Positions 35,020 through 49,360 are shown, counted from the stretch's first letter. The stretch: DNA of 64,000 nucleotides from Eledone cirrhosa (GCA_964016885.1 OZ024745.1:83204001-83268000), one strand, 5' to 3'. Numbers and translations: made by a program. The notes: generated by a model not told the origin, from the letters alone.

Positions 35020-38008
35020 GTTGTTATTCCTTGAATCTCATTCATTGATGTTGGTTAACTGGAAAGTCCGTTGGAATGAATATCAAGCCACTACCTGCAG
35101 CCTCAGATATTCAGGACGTATCGGAGGGTTCTTGCTGTTCCAAGCAAGCATGCCTTTTGAAGCGTTCCAAAGAGCGTGAAGGGGCCTGATTTTCTTTAAC
35201 CATCCCTGGAAACTTTTGGAGATAGTCCCCAGTGCGCCTATGACAATCGGGATCACTTTGACTTCATGGCAGTTCCAAATCCTTTTCACCTCACACTTTA
35301 GTTCCTGGTATCGGTTAATTTTCTCCCTCTCCTTCTCTTGCACTCTCGTGTCGAAAGGGCAGGTCACATCCACAATCAGACACGATCTTTTTTCTTTGTC
35401 CACAACCACCAGGTCAGGTCTATTGTGTTCCAGTTTTTTGTCCGTCTGTATCCTAAAATCCCACAGCACCTTCACCTGATTGTTCTCCATCACCGCCTCT
35501 GGCCTATGCTCATACCATTTCTCAGAATGTGGTAAATTGTTTACTTTGCACAGGTGCCAGTGGATCACCCTGCCCATCACATCGTGTCTCCAGCCCTTAT
35601 AGTGGGTCTGGGCTAGGTGTTTAAACTCGGACGCAATGTGAGCCACAGTCTCCCCTCTCTCTCCACAGATCCTGCACAGTGGGCTAGCCTCCTCCTTGTA
35701 AATATGGTGCTTCAACCACTTCGTTTTGAGGGCCTGCTCCTGCGCAGCCATTAGCATTCCTTCTGTAGCCTTTTTGAGGTCTCCTCTTCTCAACCAGTTC
35801 CATGTCTGTGGATCTCTAAATTCAGTTTTCTCAAAGAAGGTACTATGAAGGAATTTTCCCTTAAGGCTGCTCTTCCTCCTTGATGTTATTTCCTCCTTGG
35901 ACATCCCCTGGCCTACTGTCCCCTCCTTCAGTACAGTTCTGAGCATTGGCTCCTTACTATAGGTCACGTATTTGTATAGGTTGTTTTTCTCCATCTGAAC
36001 ACAGTCCTCTATGCTGATAAGACCTCTTCCACCCCCAGATCTCCTTAGGTAGAGTCTATCGACATCACTCCTCTTGTGGAACATGTTGTAGATAGTCAAT
36101 AGCTTCCTAGTCTTCCTATCCATTTCTTTTTGTTCAGCAACATTCCATCTCAGAATTCCCGCACTGTACCTAATAATAGACACAGCTCGGGAATTTACTG
36201 CGCTTATGGCATTTCTGCTGTTCAGATGTGACTTCAATACGCTCCTTACTCTCCGAATGTATTCAGTTCTTAACAATTCCTTCATTTTTTTGTTCTTTAT
36301 GCCATCAGCCTCCAGAACGCCCAAATACTTGTATCCTTCCTCAGAGTCAATTTCCTTTATCATCTCACCTGTTGGTATCTGGATCCCGTTACTTCTGCTC
36401 AACCTACCCCTCCTCATCACAATGACTCCACATTTACCAATACCAAACTGCATACATATATCACTGGTGAAAATACGGACAGTGTCAACAAGCACATCCA
36501 ACTCCTTCTCACTTTTCCCGAAGAGCTTAAGATCGTCCATGAAGAGGAGGTGATTGATGGTAAACTCTCCCCTTCCCAACTTGTATCCTGCTCTCACTTT
36601 TCGCAGCATAATAGTCAAGGGCATCAGGGCAAGGACAAACAACAGAGGGGACAGGCTATCTCCCTGGAAGATACCTCTCTTGATCTTCACGCTTCCCAAG
36701 GATACTCCAGTTGATGTCAACTCTGTCTCCCAGGACCCCATACTCCTGCCTAGCAACTGTCTGATGTTATCTGCCACCCTGAAGATCTCCAGGCTTTTGG
36801 TGATCCAAGAATGAGGCACCATGTCAAATGCCTTTCTGTAGTCTATCCATCCCATGGCAAGATCAGTGTGTCTCCTCCTGCAATTCCCCATTACCATCTT
36901 ATCAGTAAGTAACTGGTCTTTTGTACCACGTGACTTCTTTCGGCATCCTTTCTGTTCATCCGGTAACAAGTTGTTTGTATGGAGGTGATGGTAGATTTCC
37001 TCAGACACAATGCTCGTCAACAGTTTCCACATTACGGACAGACATGTGATAGGTCTATAGTTGGTAACATCATTACCCTTGATTCGGTCTTTCATTATCA
37101 GAACTGTGGTACCTTTTGTCAACCACTCTGGCACCTCACCCGACACCAAGCAGTCATTGAACATGGCCGTCAGCTTCGGGTGGAGGGATGTTAAATGTTT
37201 AATCCAATACCCCTGCACACCATCTGGGCCTGGTGATTTCCAGTTGGTTAGTTTTTTGGCCTGCCCCTTAAGAGTTTCAACTGTGATACTCAAATCAGTT
37301 TGTTGTTGTGCCTGCTCACCGATCTCCCTCTGTACTGTCTCAATCCACCCTGCCTGGACATTATGTCTAACATCCTGCTCCCATATTCCTCTCCAGAATG
37401 TTTTAGTTTGCTCCGCCCCAGGGATCAAGTCGCTGCCTCTTTCTTTCCCCTCAAGCTGTCCAAACAGCATCTTCTGGTTGTTGTCGAACATGCGGTTCTG
37501 TTTATACTGACTGACTCTGTTCTCGTATCGCCTAATTTTTGCACTCTTTGCTACAATGCGTTGCTTCAGTTCCTCTATGATAATATTTAGCTTTTTCCTC
37601 CTAGTTTTGTATTTTATTTCCAGTCTATTTTTAGTGCCTATGTTTTTTAGTGTCCCATTCAGTAGTGACTCAAGCTTTCCTATCTCATTTCTCATTTCCC
37701 CGATTTGCCCACTCAGTCGCTTCTTCCACCACGGCTCTGCTCTTTCTTGTCTGTTGTTTCCTCTCGCTTTTATACCAAGTAGTTTCCTCACCGTATTTGC
37801 TGTTGCTTTGAGGATATTGTTGCACTGGTGAAGGCTCCTCGCCTCAAGGTATGGGATGACTTTGTTTACCTTAGCTATTGTTTCTTTTAACTTTTTCCTG
37901 TCTACAAATCTTAGGTTCATAGGTCTCCCACTATCATTGTTCAATTCATCTACCACTAAATTTAGGATGTCAACCGAATCTTGTCCTAGCCCGTCAGCAT
38001 TCATCTCC
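35019..38008 (-). mobile_element. Family-A copy A6 (A8/A3 recombinant), 5'-truncated
   Basis: Same truncation point as A3; 3' variants shared with A8. Confidence 0.95.
35083..38004 (-). pseudogene. 973-aa open RT + RLE polyprotein lacking its N-terminus, with a C-terminal frameshift
   Basis: Same motif set as 25640-28537; the CCHC last Cys is mutated (HIASEF). Confidence 0.9.
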
Positions 38009-38056
<48 letters not shown>

Positions 38057-38057
<1 letters not shown>

Positions 38058-38569
38058 TGCATTTATCTTGCTTTATGTTTATACGAGTTATCACCAAGTC
38101 ACAACCAGTGACCTCAAGAGACAACAAGGTCCGCCATGTTCAAGAAAGAACATACATATTCATACATGCATCCTTAGTGTTTAGACTTGTGATGTACTTA
38201 TATTGACAGGATCTTCCTTAGTATATGGGCAGTTCCCATTAGTACTATCTTTTGTATTTCTCCTATACGCGGGTTTCCTGGGATTTGCGATAAGTAGTCG
38301 TTTGACCCCTTAGGTATCAATCCCAGAGCGCCTACAACCACTGGTATTGTTTTAGTTCTCAATTTCCACATTTTTCAAATTTCTATCTCCAGGTCCTTAT
38401 ACTTGCTCAATTTTTCAAATGTTTTTATAGATACATTCTTGTCTATTGGAACAGACATATCAATTAGCAGGCATACCCTCCTTTGAAAGTCCTTCAATAT
38501 TATATCAGGTCTATTTGCATCTATTTTTCGGTCTGTTTGGATGCTAAAGTTCCACAAGATTGAGATGTG

Positions 38570-38571
<2 letters not shown>
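38057..38571 (-). mobile_element. Family-B 3' fragment (duplicate of 29444-29945)
   Basis: Near identity, same truncation point. Confidence 0.9.
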
Positions 38572-38648
<77 letters not shown>

Positions 38649-38650
<2 letters not shown>

Positions 38651-41600
38651 ATTCTTTGAGTCTCAGTCATTGATGTTAGTTAATTGGAAAGTTTGTTGAA
38701 ATGAATATCAAGCCACTACCTTCAGCCTCAGATATTCAGGACGTATCGGAGGGTTCTTGCTGTTCCCAGCAAGCATGCCTTTTCAAGCGTTCCAAAAAGC
38801 GTGAAGGAGCCAATTTTCTTTAACCACCCCTGGAAACTTTTTGAGATAGTCACTAGTGCGCCTATGACAATCTGGATCACCTTGACTTCATGGCAGTTCC
38901 AAATCCTTTTTACCTCCCACTTTAAGTCCTGGTATCAGTTAATTTTCTCGGATTTCCTGGAATTTGCGATAAGTAATCATTAGATAAGTAATCATTAGAC
39001 CCCTTAGGTATCATTCCCAGAGCGCCTATAACCACTGTTATTGTTTTAGTTCTCAATTTCCACATTTCTTCCAATTTCTATCTCCAGGTCCTTATACTTG
39101 CTCAATTTTTCAAATGTTTTTATAGATACATTCTTGTCTATTGGAACAGACATATCAATTAGCAGGCATACCCTCTTTTTAAAGTCCTTCAATATTATAT
39201 CAGGTCTATTTGCATCTATTTTTCGGTCTGTTTGGATGTTCCACAGGATTGAGATGTGATCTTTTTCAAGTATGGGAGGTGATTGATGCTCCCACCAATT
39301 CTTTTGATGGGGCAGGTCAAAATGCTTACACATTATCCAATGTATGTATTATGCAGCTCTGTCATGCCTGTTTAGGTATTCGGTTGGAGCTATAGGACTG
39401 CACATTGAAATTATATGGTCAATGGTTTCTGGTTGTTTTTTGCATACACGGCATAATGGGCTGCATCCATTTTTTATTATGTTGGCTTGGTAATTTTTTG
39501 TTGGCAGACACTGATCTTGTGCTGATATAATCAGTCCTTCAGTCTCCGATTTCAGTCCAGAGGATGCCAACCACTGATGGGTTAAAGTTTTGTCAACATC
39601 AGGATTGTTAGCTCGCTATGGGTATTTTCCATACAGAGGCTTTTCTTGCCATTTCTTAGCCAGTTTCTGTAGCAGTTCTTTCTTTGCAGTTACTTTTACC
39701 TGCTTTACTTTTTCTGTGTTTTCCATTTCAGCAGTAAATGGGACTTCTGAAATTTGTAGTCCATTACTGTATCTTTGTGCATCTTTTGTAATGGAATATG
39801 ATCTTTTGATGCTTTCGTATTTCAAAACTTAGATAGGTAGATAATCCAATTGTTGCAGTTTTCAACGCAATGTCTAACTGGATTAACCCACATCCTCCTT
39901 CTTTCCTAGGGAGATATATTATATCTATATCTGCCTTAGGGTGATGCATTCTGTGCATGGTTAAGAATTTTCGAATTTTTGTATCGAGCCTACGGATCTC
40001 TGTGCTTGATCAGTTGATGACATTGTAACTGTAGGTTACTACTGGTATGGCAAGCGTGTTTATGGCATCGATCCTATTCCTTGCATTCAATTCCGTTCTT
40101 AAGATTGCTCTTACTCTGCGGTAACATTCCTTCCTTATCCTTTCCCTCATTGTCGAGTGCTTGATTCCGTCTCCTTCACAAACACCTAGATATGTGTAAG
40201 TTTTTTCTTGATCAAGTTCTCTTATCACGTTCCCCCGATCAAGATTAATGTCTAAACTCTTCAGCAGCTTTCCTCTGGTGAACGTTGCTTTGGCGCATTT
40301 ATCTAGTCCAAACTCCATTTTAATGTCATCATTGAACTGCTCCACAGTGGATAATAGCCCTTGCAATTGTTCATCATTTTTTTGCAAATAGTTTCAGGTC
40401 ATCCATGTAGAACAAGTGCTTAATGGTTTTGTCATAGACCTTATATCCATGTTTTGTTTCATTGAGCATTTTACTTAATGGTATAAGTGCGATGCAGAAT
40501 AAACGCGGGATAAAGAGTCACCCTGAAAAATTCCACAATTAATATTAACTTCTCCATCTTCCAGTGATTTTGTTTCACTATTCAAAAGGAGTGTCGTTTT
40601 CCATATCTTCATACTGAATGACAAAAACTTCCTGACAACGGGGGATATTTTGAAAATCTCTAAACATTTTTCAATCCAACTGTGTGGCAAACTATCGAAT
40701 GCTTTTTTATAATCTATCCAAGCAATTGATAGATTTTTTTGTCTATTATGACAATCTTCCAGTATCATTTTGTTAACCAGAAGCTGATCCTTACAGCCAT
40801 ATGAGCCTCGTTTACACCCTTTCTGCTCAATGGGAAATAGGTCATTTGTTATCAGGTGGTCATATGTGTATTCAGTTAGGACTGATGTTAACATTTTATA
40901 CATTGTGGTCAAGCAAGTTATCGGTCTGTAATTGTTGGGATTGTTTGCCTCATCATTCTTCGGAAGCAGGAATGTAATGCCGTTAACTAGCCATGATGGT
41001 ATCTTTTCTGGCTCCTTAACTATTTCATTGTAAAGTTGGGCTAACAGCTCATGAGACTCTGTGAAGGCATTTATCCAAAAGTTTTGTATTTTGTCTTTTC
41101 CTGGGGATTTCCATTTGCTGGTTTTTCTTAGAGCCAAGCGCAACTGTTCAACTGTTATATTTCCCCAGATTTGTTCCTCAAGGTGAGCTGTATCTTTCAT
41201 TTGTCTGTCTATCCATGGGGCATGTATGTTATGAACTTTTTCTTCGGCCCAGATCTTTTCCCAGAATTCTTGCACTTCCTCCTTGGGTGGTATTGATTTA
41301 GCAGTTATTGTTGACTTACCAATTTTTCTGTAGAAGTTTCTTTGGTTGTTTTTGAACATATTATTGTCCTTATAGAATCTAGATCGTTTTTCAAAGCGCC
41401 TTATACGAGCAGCTTTGGCCGAGACTTTTTGCTTGATTATTTCTATCAGCATATCTATGTCACTTGTTGATTTTATACTGTACTTTTTTTTCAATTTTCT
41501 AAGTTTAGTTTGTTTAACATGTTCACCTAGTTTTTTAAAATTTCTATGTCAGATCGAAGAAGGTTTATTTGGCGATTGATGTTCTCTTGCCAAGTAGATT

Positions 41601-42695
41601 TCTTGTGGGAATTCCTTTGTTTTTTCATCTTCACTCCACATAAGTGAGTGGTGACTTTAGCCGATGCATAATAGAGATGATTTAAATCAGTAATGTTTAG
41701 TTTGTTTGTGATGATAATGTTTTTGAGAATTATGTTAGTCTTGTGTATTATCTTTTGGTTCTGTTTGGAGTTCTGGATCTTAAGGAGGGTGTCTCGTTGC
41801 CCCATGTCAGATTCTTTCATTTTCATCCATTCGATCATAATTTCATCCTTCAAGTTGGCAAGTTCATTCTCATTCATTTCTTTATCATTTACGATCTCAT
41901 TTTCTCATTTGGAGTTTCATCTTGAGCATGCACTCCCTTCACTTTTTCGATCCTTTCTTTAATTTGTTCTGTTGCCAGTGATTCCGCCCCAACCCTGGGA
42001 TTCGATGTGTTACAATTTACTTCGTTTTCACTGACACATGTTTCATTTTCCCTTCGCTGACTTTGTACTAATAGCTTGATCTGATCAATTTCTATATCAG
42101 TTAGTAACTTTCTTTTTACAATATTTCTTCGTATATTGGCTAGTTTGTTACTGTCAATATAGCCTCTGTTTTCGGGATGTTTCTTTTTTCAGTTGATATA
42201 TGTCTGTTCTGTATTCGATGTATTTGATGGGTAGTACATGGCAGTGTAGAAAGCCTCAAGGACTTCTTTATTATCTTCCCTTGACCCTTTTTCTCTCTTT
42301 TTTTTTGGATTTCTTGGTGGTGAGCATGGAGGGCCAACAGTAGGAGTATTCCGGTTATGGGAGGTCTCCAGCTCCGAAGTGATGGGAAGGTTTGAACCAT
42401 TAGCTGATTTTTCGACCCCAGTCTGGTTCCTCTCTGAGGGACGCGGCCCTTTTTTACCCGGGTGACGGCCGATCCGGTATGAGATTTTATCATTAGACAT
42501 TTACTTTATTTTGTCGCGTTTTATCCTTATCCGCCAAGGGGTAATCATTTCGTGTTACCGCTTCTAGAACGAGTGTCAACCAAGACTAGAGGGGTCGTTC
42601 TCCCCTAGAGACACGGCTATTCCCCGCCGGCCGCCATCCCGGTATTTCTTAGTCACGGGGTTTTCTTTTTGTTGTTTTTTTTAAATTGTTATTAT
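38649..42695 (-). mobile_element. Second copy of the A-3'/B-body chimeric element (junction 38949/38950)
   Basis: Near-identical to 30002-34040, offset ~8650. Confidence 0.92.
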
Positions 42696-43637
42696 CATGA
42701 GTGGTTCCTTAATGTGAGCATTGCTTGGCTTAAGAATGAAATTATTAATAATGGTCTCCACTCCAGGCACAAGGCCAGCAATCACCCAGTGCATTACAAT
42801 AATATAATATACTTTTTGCTGAAGCTGCCTGTTATTGTTGTTGGCTATGTCGGTAGTGGTGCTGGGGCTTTTTATATTGTTGGTGAGGAAGGTGGGAGCC
42901 AGCAGTGTCATAGGTGTTGACGTTTGGCCGGTGGCCAGGTCACTAAGTCAATCTATTTATATATTTTGCTAGCCTCTCCTTTGTCTAGTGATACCGCCAC
43001 CTTCCCCTTTCTTAAGTTAACAGGGGAATAGTGGTGGTAGCAATGAAGGAGTGGTGGCGGCGGTGATGGGATAGTGGTAGCAATGAATGATGGAGTGGTG
43101 GCGGCAGTGGCGTTGTCGTTACTGAGGTTTGTGATATGTAGTATCTATGAGTTTGTGTCGCGTATGTTTAATATATATTGTGTTGACATATTCCCGTAAA
43201 ATTGGAATTAAACATTTTGTTAAAACTTGAGACAATAATAAGAGTAATTATTATTAAGATGCTGGGATTGGTGGTGGTCGTGGTGAAATTGCCGTTATCT
43301 GGCTGTTATATTTAGTGTGATGGGGTAGGTGGTGTATCAAGTTTCTGGTGTTGGTGAAATTGCTGTTATTTGGCTGTACTATATAGTGTAGACAGAGGGT
43401 GTTTTCTTCCATTTATAACCATTTTCTTTTTTGAATACAAAATATGTAATACAAAATTGAATATTTGAGCGATATAACATTATAATATGGATCCGAAATT
43501 TTATGGGACTTGATTTGGTGGTTCATGCAACATTTGTACTAAGAATTGTTATTTCACAATTGATTTAAATATGTTAAAAATCAAAAACTTACGGGAGCGA
43601 TTTCATGACCTTCTACCACCTCGTGCGTCTTCTTCCC

Positions 43638-43668
<31 letters not shown>

Positions 43669-43669
<1 letters not shown>

Positions 43670-46600
43670 GTTGTTATTCCTTGAATCTCATTCATTGATG
43701 TTGGTTAACTGGAAAGTCCGTTGGAATGAATATCAAGCCACTACCTGCAGCCTCAGATATTCAGGACGTATCGGAGGGTTCTTGCTGTTCCAAGCAAGCA
43801 TGCCTTTTGAAGCGTTCCAAAGAGCGTGAAGGGGCCTGATTTTCTTTAACCATCCCTGGAAACTTTTGGAGATAGTCCCCAGTGCGCCTATGACAATCGG
43901 GATCACTTTGACTTCATGGCAGTTCCAAATCCTTTTCACCTCACACTTTAGGTCCTGGTATCGGTTAATTTTCTCCCTGTCCTTCTGTTGCACTCTCGTG
44001 TCGAAAGGGCAGGCCACATCCACAATCAGACACGATCTTTTTTCTTTGTCCACAACCACCAGGTCAGGTCTATTGTGTTCCAGTTTTTTGTCCGTCTGTA
44101 TCCTAAAATCCCACAGCACCTTCACCTGATTGTTCTCCATCACCGCCTCTGGCCTATGCTCATACCATTTCTCAGAATGTGGTAAATTGTTTACTTTGCA
44201 CAGGTGCCAGTGGATCACCCTGCCCATCACATCGTGTCTCCAGCCCTTATAGTGGGTCTGGGCTAGGTGTTTACACTCGGACGCAATGTGAGCCACAGTC
44301 TCCCCTCTCTCTCCACAGATCCTGCACAGTGGGCTAGCCTCCTCCTTGTAAATATGGTGCTTCAACCACTTCGTTTTGAGGGCCTGCTCCTGCGCAGCCA
44401 TTAGCATTCCTTCTGTAGCCTTTTTGAGGTCTCCTCTTCTCAACCAGTTCCATGTCTGTAGATCTCTAAATTCAGTTTTCTCAAAGAAGGTACTATGAAG
44501 GAATTTTCCCTTAAGGCTGCTCTTCCTCCTTGATGTTATTTCCTCCTTGGACATCCCCTGGCCTACTGTCCCCTCCTTCAGTACAGTTCTGAGCATTGGC
44601 TCCTTACTATAGGTCACGTATTTGTATAGGTTGTTTTTCTCCATCTGAACACAGTCCTCTATGCTGATAAGACCTCTTCCACCCACAGATCTCCTTAGGT
44701 AGAGTCTATCGACATCACTCCTCTTGTGGAACATGTTGTAGATAGTCAATAGCTTCCTAGTCTTCCTATCCATTTCTTTTTGTTCAGCAACATTCCATCT
44801 CAGAATTCCCGCACTGTACCTAATAATAGACACAGCTCGGGAATTTACTGCGCTTATGGCATTTCTGCTGTTCAGATGTGACTTCAATACGCTCCTTACT
44901 CTCCGAATGTATTCAGTTCTTAACAATTCCTTCATTTTTTTGTTCTTTATGCCATCAGCCTCCAGAACGCCCAAATACTTGTATCCTTCCTCAGAGTCAA
45001 TTTCCTTTATCATCTCACCTGTTGGTATCTGGATCCCGTTACTTCTGCTCAACCTACCCCTCCTCATCACAATGACTCCACATTTACTAATACCAAACTG
45101 CATACATATATCACTGCTGAAAATACGGACAGTGTCAACAAGCACATCCAACTCCTTCTCACTTTTCCCGAAGAGCTTAAGATCGTCCACGAAGAGGAGG
45201 TGATTGATGGTAAGCTCTCCCTTTCCCAACTTGTATCCTGCTCTCACTTTTCGCAGCATAATGGTCAAGGGCATCAGGGCAAGGACAAACAACAGAGGGG
45301 ACAGGCTATCTCCCTGGAAGGTACCTCTCTTGATCTTCACGCTTCCCAAGGATACTCCAGTTGATGTCAACTCTGTCTCCCAGGACCCCATACTCCTGCC
45401 TAGCAACTGTCTGATGTTATCTGCCACCCTGAAGATCTCCAGGCTTTTGGTGATCCAAGAATGAGGCACCATGTCAAATGCCTTTCTGTAGTCTATCCAT
45501 CCCATGGCAAGATCAGTGTGTCTCCTCCTGCAATTCCCCATTACCATCTTATCAATAAATAACTGGTCCTTTGTACCACGTGACTTCTTTCGGCATCCTT
45601 TCTGTTAATCCGGTAACAAGTTGTTTGTGTGGAGGTGATGGTAGATTTCCTCAGACACAATGCTCGTCAACAGTTTCTACATTACGGACAGACATGTGAT
45701 AGGTCTATTGTTGGTAACATCATTACCCTTGATTCGGTCTTTCATTATCAGAACTGTGATAACTTTTGTCAACCACTCTAGCACCTCACCCGACACCAAG
45801 CAGTCATTGAACATGGCCGTCAGCTTCGGGTGGAGGGATGTTAAATTTTTAATCCAATACCCCTGCACACCATCTGGGCCTGGTGATTTCCAGTTGGTTA
45901 GTTTTTTGGCCTGCCCCTTAAGAGTTTCAACTGTGATACTCAAATCAGTTTGTTGTTGTGCCTGCTCACCGATCTCCCTCTGTACTGTCTCAATCCACCC
46001 TGCCTGGACATTATGTCTAACATCCTGCTCCCATATTCCTCTCCAGAATGTTTTAGTTTGTTCCGCCCCAGGGATCAAGTCGTTGCCTCTTTCTTTCCCC
46101 TCAAGCTGTCCAAACAGCATCTTCTGGTTGTTGTCGAACATGCGGTTCTGTTTATACTGACTGTCTCTGTTCTCGTATCGCCTGATTTTTGCACTCTTTG
46201 CTACAATGCGTTGCTTCAGTTCCTCTATGATAATATTTAGCTTTTGCCTCCTAGTTTTGTACTTTATTTCCAGTCTATTTTTAGTGCCTATGTTTTTTAT
46301 TGTCCCATTCAGTAGTGACTCAAGCTTTCCTATGTCATTTCTCATTTCCTTGATTTGACCACTCAGTCGTTTCTTCCACCACGGCTCTGCTCTTTCTTGT
46401 CTGTTGTTTCCTCTCGCTTTTATACCAAGTAGTTTCCTCACCGTATTTGCTGTTTCTTTGAGGATATTGTTGCACTGGTGAAGGCTCCTCGCCTCAAGGT
46501 ATGGGATGACTTTGTTTACCTTAGCTGTTGTTTCTTTTAACTTTTTCCTGTCTACAAATCTTAGGTTCATAGGTCTCCCACTATCATTGTTCAATTCATC

Positions 46601-47413
46601 TACCACTAAATTTAGGATGTCAACCGAATCTTGTCCTAGCCCGTCAGCATTCATCTCCTCAGTGGCCGTATCTCTGTTCCAGGTATTATTTATCTCAGTA
46701 TTCAGATCATTGTCTGCTTCGGGTGGTTCCTCCGTTCTCAGGACCTCTTCACCTTCATTTCCCACTGGCTCGCTTGTCTGGCATACTACACCCGCCATCT
46801 CCAAGCCATTCTCTCTGCTCAGTTCCTCCAGTTCCAGCTCGCTTATCCACCCATTAGTTCTTATTACCCGAGCCTGCCCGGCCAATTTTTGTTCATCTAA
46901 TTTAAATAGACCAATCTCGTTCCAGATGTTATGCATCCGTATCCTGTAGCCCCTCTCCTTGGGGTTACTTTTCAGGTAACATTGCATAACAGTTCTATTC
47001 AATTCTTTCGTCCAGTTGGTTCTGGCCCCTTTCCTTCTTCTTCTTCCTCCAACATCAGCAGTATTTGGTTGACAGTCAGGTTCCTGCTGCTGAGCCAGGG
47101 GGCACCTGTTGGGTGAGAGTCTGTCACATGACGTTCTAGTCTCCATTTCACCGTTATTCGAACTGTTTATGTTCGATATTTAAACACTCTTATCGAGGAT
47201 TGGCGAATGTATGGTTACATAGCCATCTGTGGATTCGCCGTTCCACTTGGCCCTTGTGTGGCATTATCACCACGCTGTATACGAACACACATAAACAAAC
47301 AAACACACAGGCAGAAAGGGCCCCAAAAATGAATAAGCATAAGTTTCATTGTAATGTAGTGTTCGAATGTCTGACTTAGCTTTTGTTTTTTTAGTTTTAG
47401 TTTTTCCCCCCTC
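43669..47413 (-). mobile_element. Full-length family-A R4/Dong copy A8 between (TTA)n tracts; ORF 47146-43733 is broken by two stops and a C-terminal frameshift
   Basis: ORFs 45677-47146 (N-terminal RTNWTKELN...GYRIRMHNIW...EQKLAGQAR..) and 43733-45547; in-frame stops at ~45677 and ~45606. Confidence 0.95.
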
Positions 47414-47465
<52 letters not shown>

Positions 47466-47489
47466 ATATATATAGTATAAGCATGTATG

Positions 47490-47539
<50 letters not shown>

Positions 47540-48460
47540 TGTGTGTGGAATATTTTTCTTCACTTTATTTTCTCCCTACAGTCATTTCATTGTTGATTAC
47601 TTGAGGGAGGAGTCTCCACTTTCCTTTGTACATAATGTGGCTGCTGTAGATATCATTCCATTTCAGCTGGTGATATTGAACTCCATGCCTGCTTTAATTA
47701 CTTTTGTTTTCGACAGATATACGTTTGTTTGTTATTGTTGTTTCTATTTCATCGTTGAATTTTATCCTTGAGTTACATTCGTTGTTTCACAAGAATATCT
47801 ATTTAGCTGTTTAATTATTCCCATATTCAAACTGTCATGGTCATAGTTTTTATAATTTAAATTGTATATTATTATAATATATTTCCCTATATATATACTA
47901 TCATTTGCACCTGGTACACATATCTTTGTGGCTTGTATTATCAGTGCTTTTTAGTTCACTATTTGTGCTTTGGTTATGTATTTTCTTTTTCTATATTTGC
48001 TATTTGCATTAGTGATATTTCTAGCCTCTAGAAAGCTATTTTAAGAACGCAAGTCAATTGGGATTCAAAGTATATTTAAGTCAAGATTATTTCCACTTCA
48101 GGTGTGATACAAAAATGTCGCCGTAGTTTCCTTTTTGTTCAGAGTTTAGGTGTCAAGTATATATGTAGATTAGATAAGTATTACTCTTGTGTACTTGAAA
48201 TCTTTCCCCTTTTCCTTTAAATTGTCATCCATTTCGTCAAATGCACGCTAATTTTATTCCTGAAAATAACTGATTTTACATGCCACATTTTATCCGAATT
48301 TTCATTAAAAAGTTGTGGTGGATAATATTTGTAGTGTTTGTCATATATGTGTTGAAGAACTGACCTGGCCTATCATTGACAAGGCTCATGTTTCGTTATT
48401 TCTCATATGTCATCGGAACGTGGCTCGAATTTAACGTTTTTTATGCATTAATTATATTAA

Positions 48461-48655
48461 AAGGGCGGTGGATTGGCAGTATTGGTAGGGCGTCAGGCAC
48501 CATGCTTTTCAGCATAGAGTTATGGCCATTTACATTCTGAGTTCAAATCCCGCTGAGGTTAGTTTTGCCTTTCATCCTTGCGGGGTCGATAAATTAAAGC
48601 ACCAGTAATGCAGTGGAGTAATTGCTGGCCTTGCGCAAAATGTAGAAACAATTAA
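48461..48655 (+). mobile_element. tRNA-derived SINE
   Basis: gggcggtggattggcagt...gagttcaaatccc...ggggtcgataaa...ggccttg. Confidence 0.85.
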
Positions 48656-48981
48656 TTATATTAGATAAACACCAATAAATTTTGCAAGTATTACACTATC
48701 TTTCTCACTTTTGGCGTTGATTCTTTGTTATTTAATCAATATTAATGGATACTTTTAGGGCTGATAATCAGCATCCATTCATGCTAAACGTACCTTAATG
48801 AATTTTTCTGTAAAACCCGGTGATATTTCTCTCAGACTTTCCCCATTATAATTGTTGTTATTGTTGTTTTTTCCAATTCATTAGATTTATGCAAATATTT
48901 CTCGGGTTATTACCAATGATGTAGAGCAAGGTAAATTAAGCGATTATTTACTTTTATCTATGTACCATAAACGCACATTAT

Positions 48982-49085
48982 CGCCGAGGTTAACTTTGCC
49001 TCTCATCCTTACGGGGTCGATAAAATAAAGTACCCGTAATGTACTGGGTAATTGCTGGCCTTGTGCCTAAAGTAGAAACAATTAT
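48982..49085 (+). mobile_element. 5'-truncated SINE
   Basis: Core gccgaggttaactttgcctctcatccttacggggtcgataaaataaagtac. Confidence 0.8.
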
Positions 49086-49360
49086 TTACAGAAAGAAAAT
49101 ATGATTTGGTATTGAATATATATTTCTATGGGCTTATATATCAAAACAGTTGAGGTATATAATACATGGGGTCGTCCTGGAAGCAAGGTTACTTCGTAAC
49201 TACCTCCAGCCACTGTCAATGAATATGACAGCTGACAGCGAGGCCAGGATTTCCGACACGTGCATTCTAACCCGCATTCTTGATGGTTTGAGATCTACAC
49301 ATCTTTTATTTGGCCTGGAATGGGAGGCTGGGTCTCAGTACGTTTTAGATAAAGCCTAGA

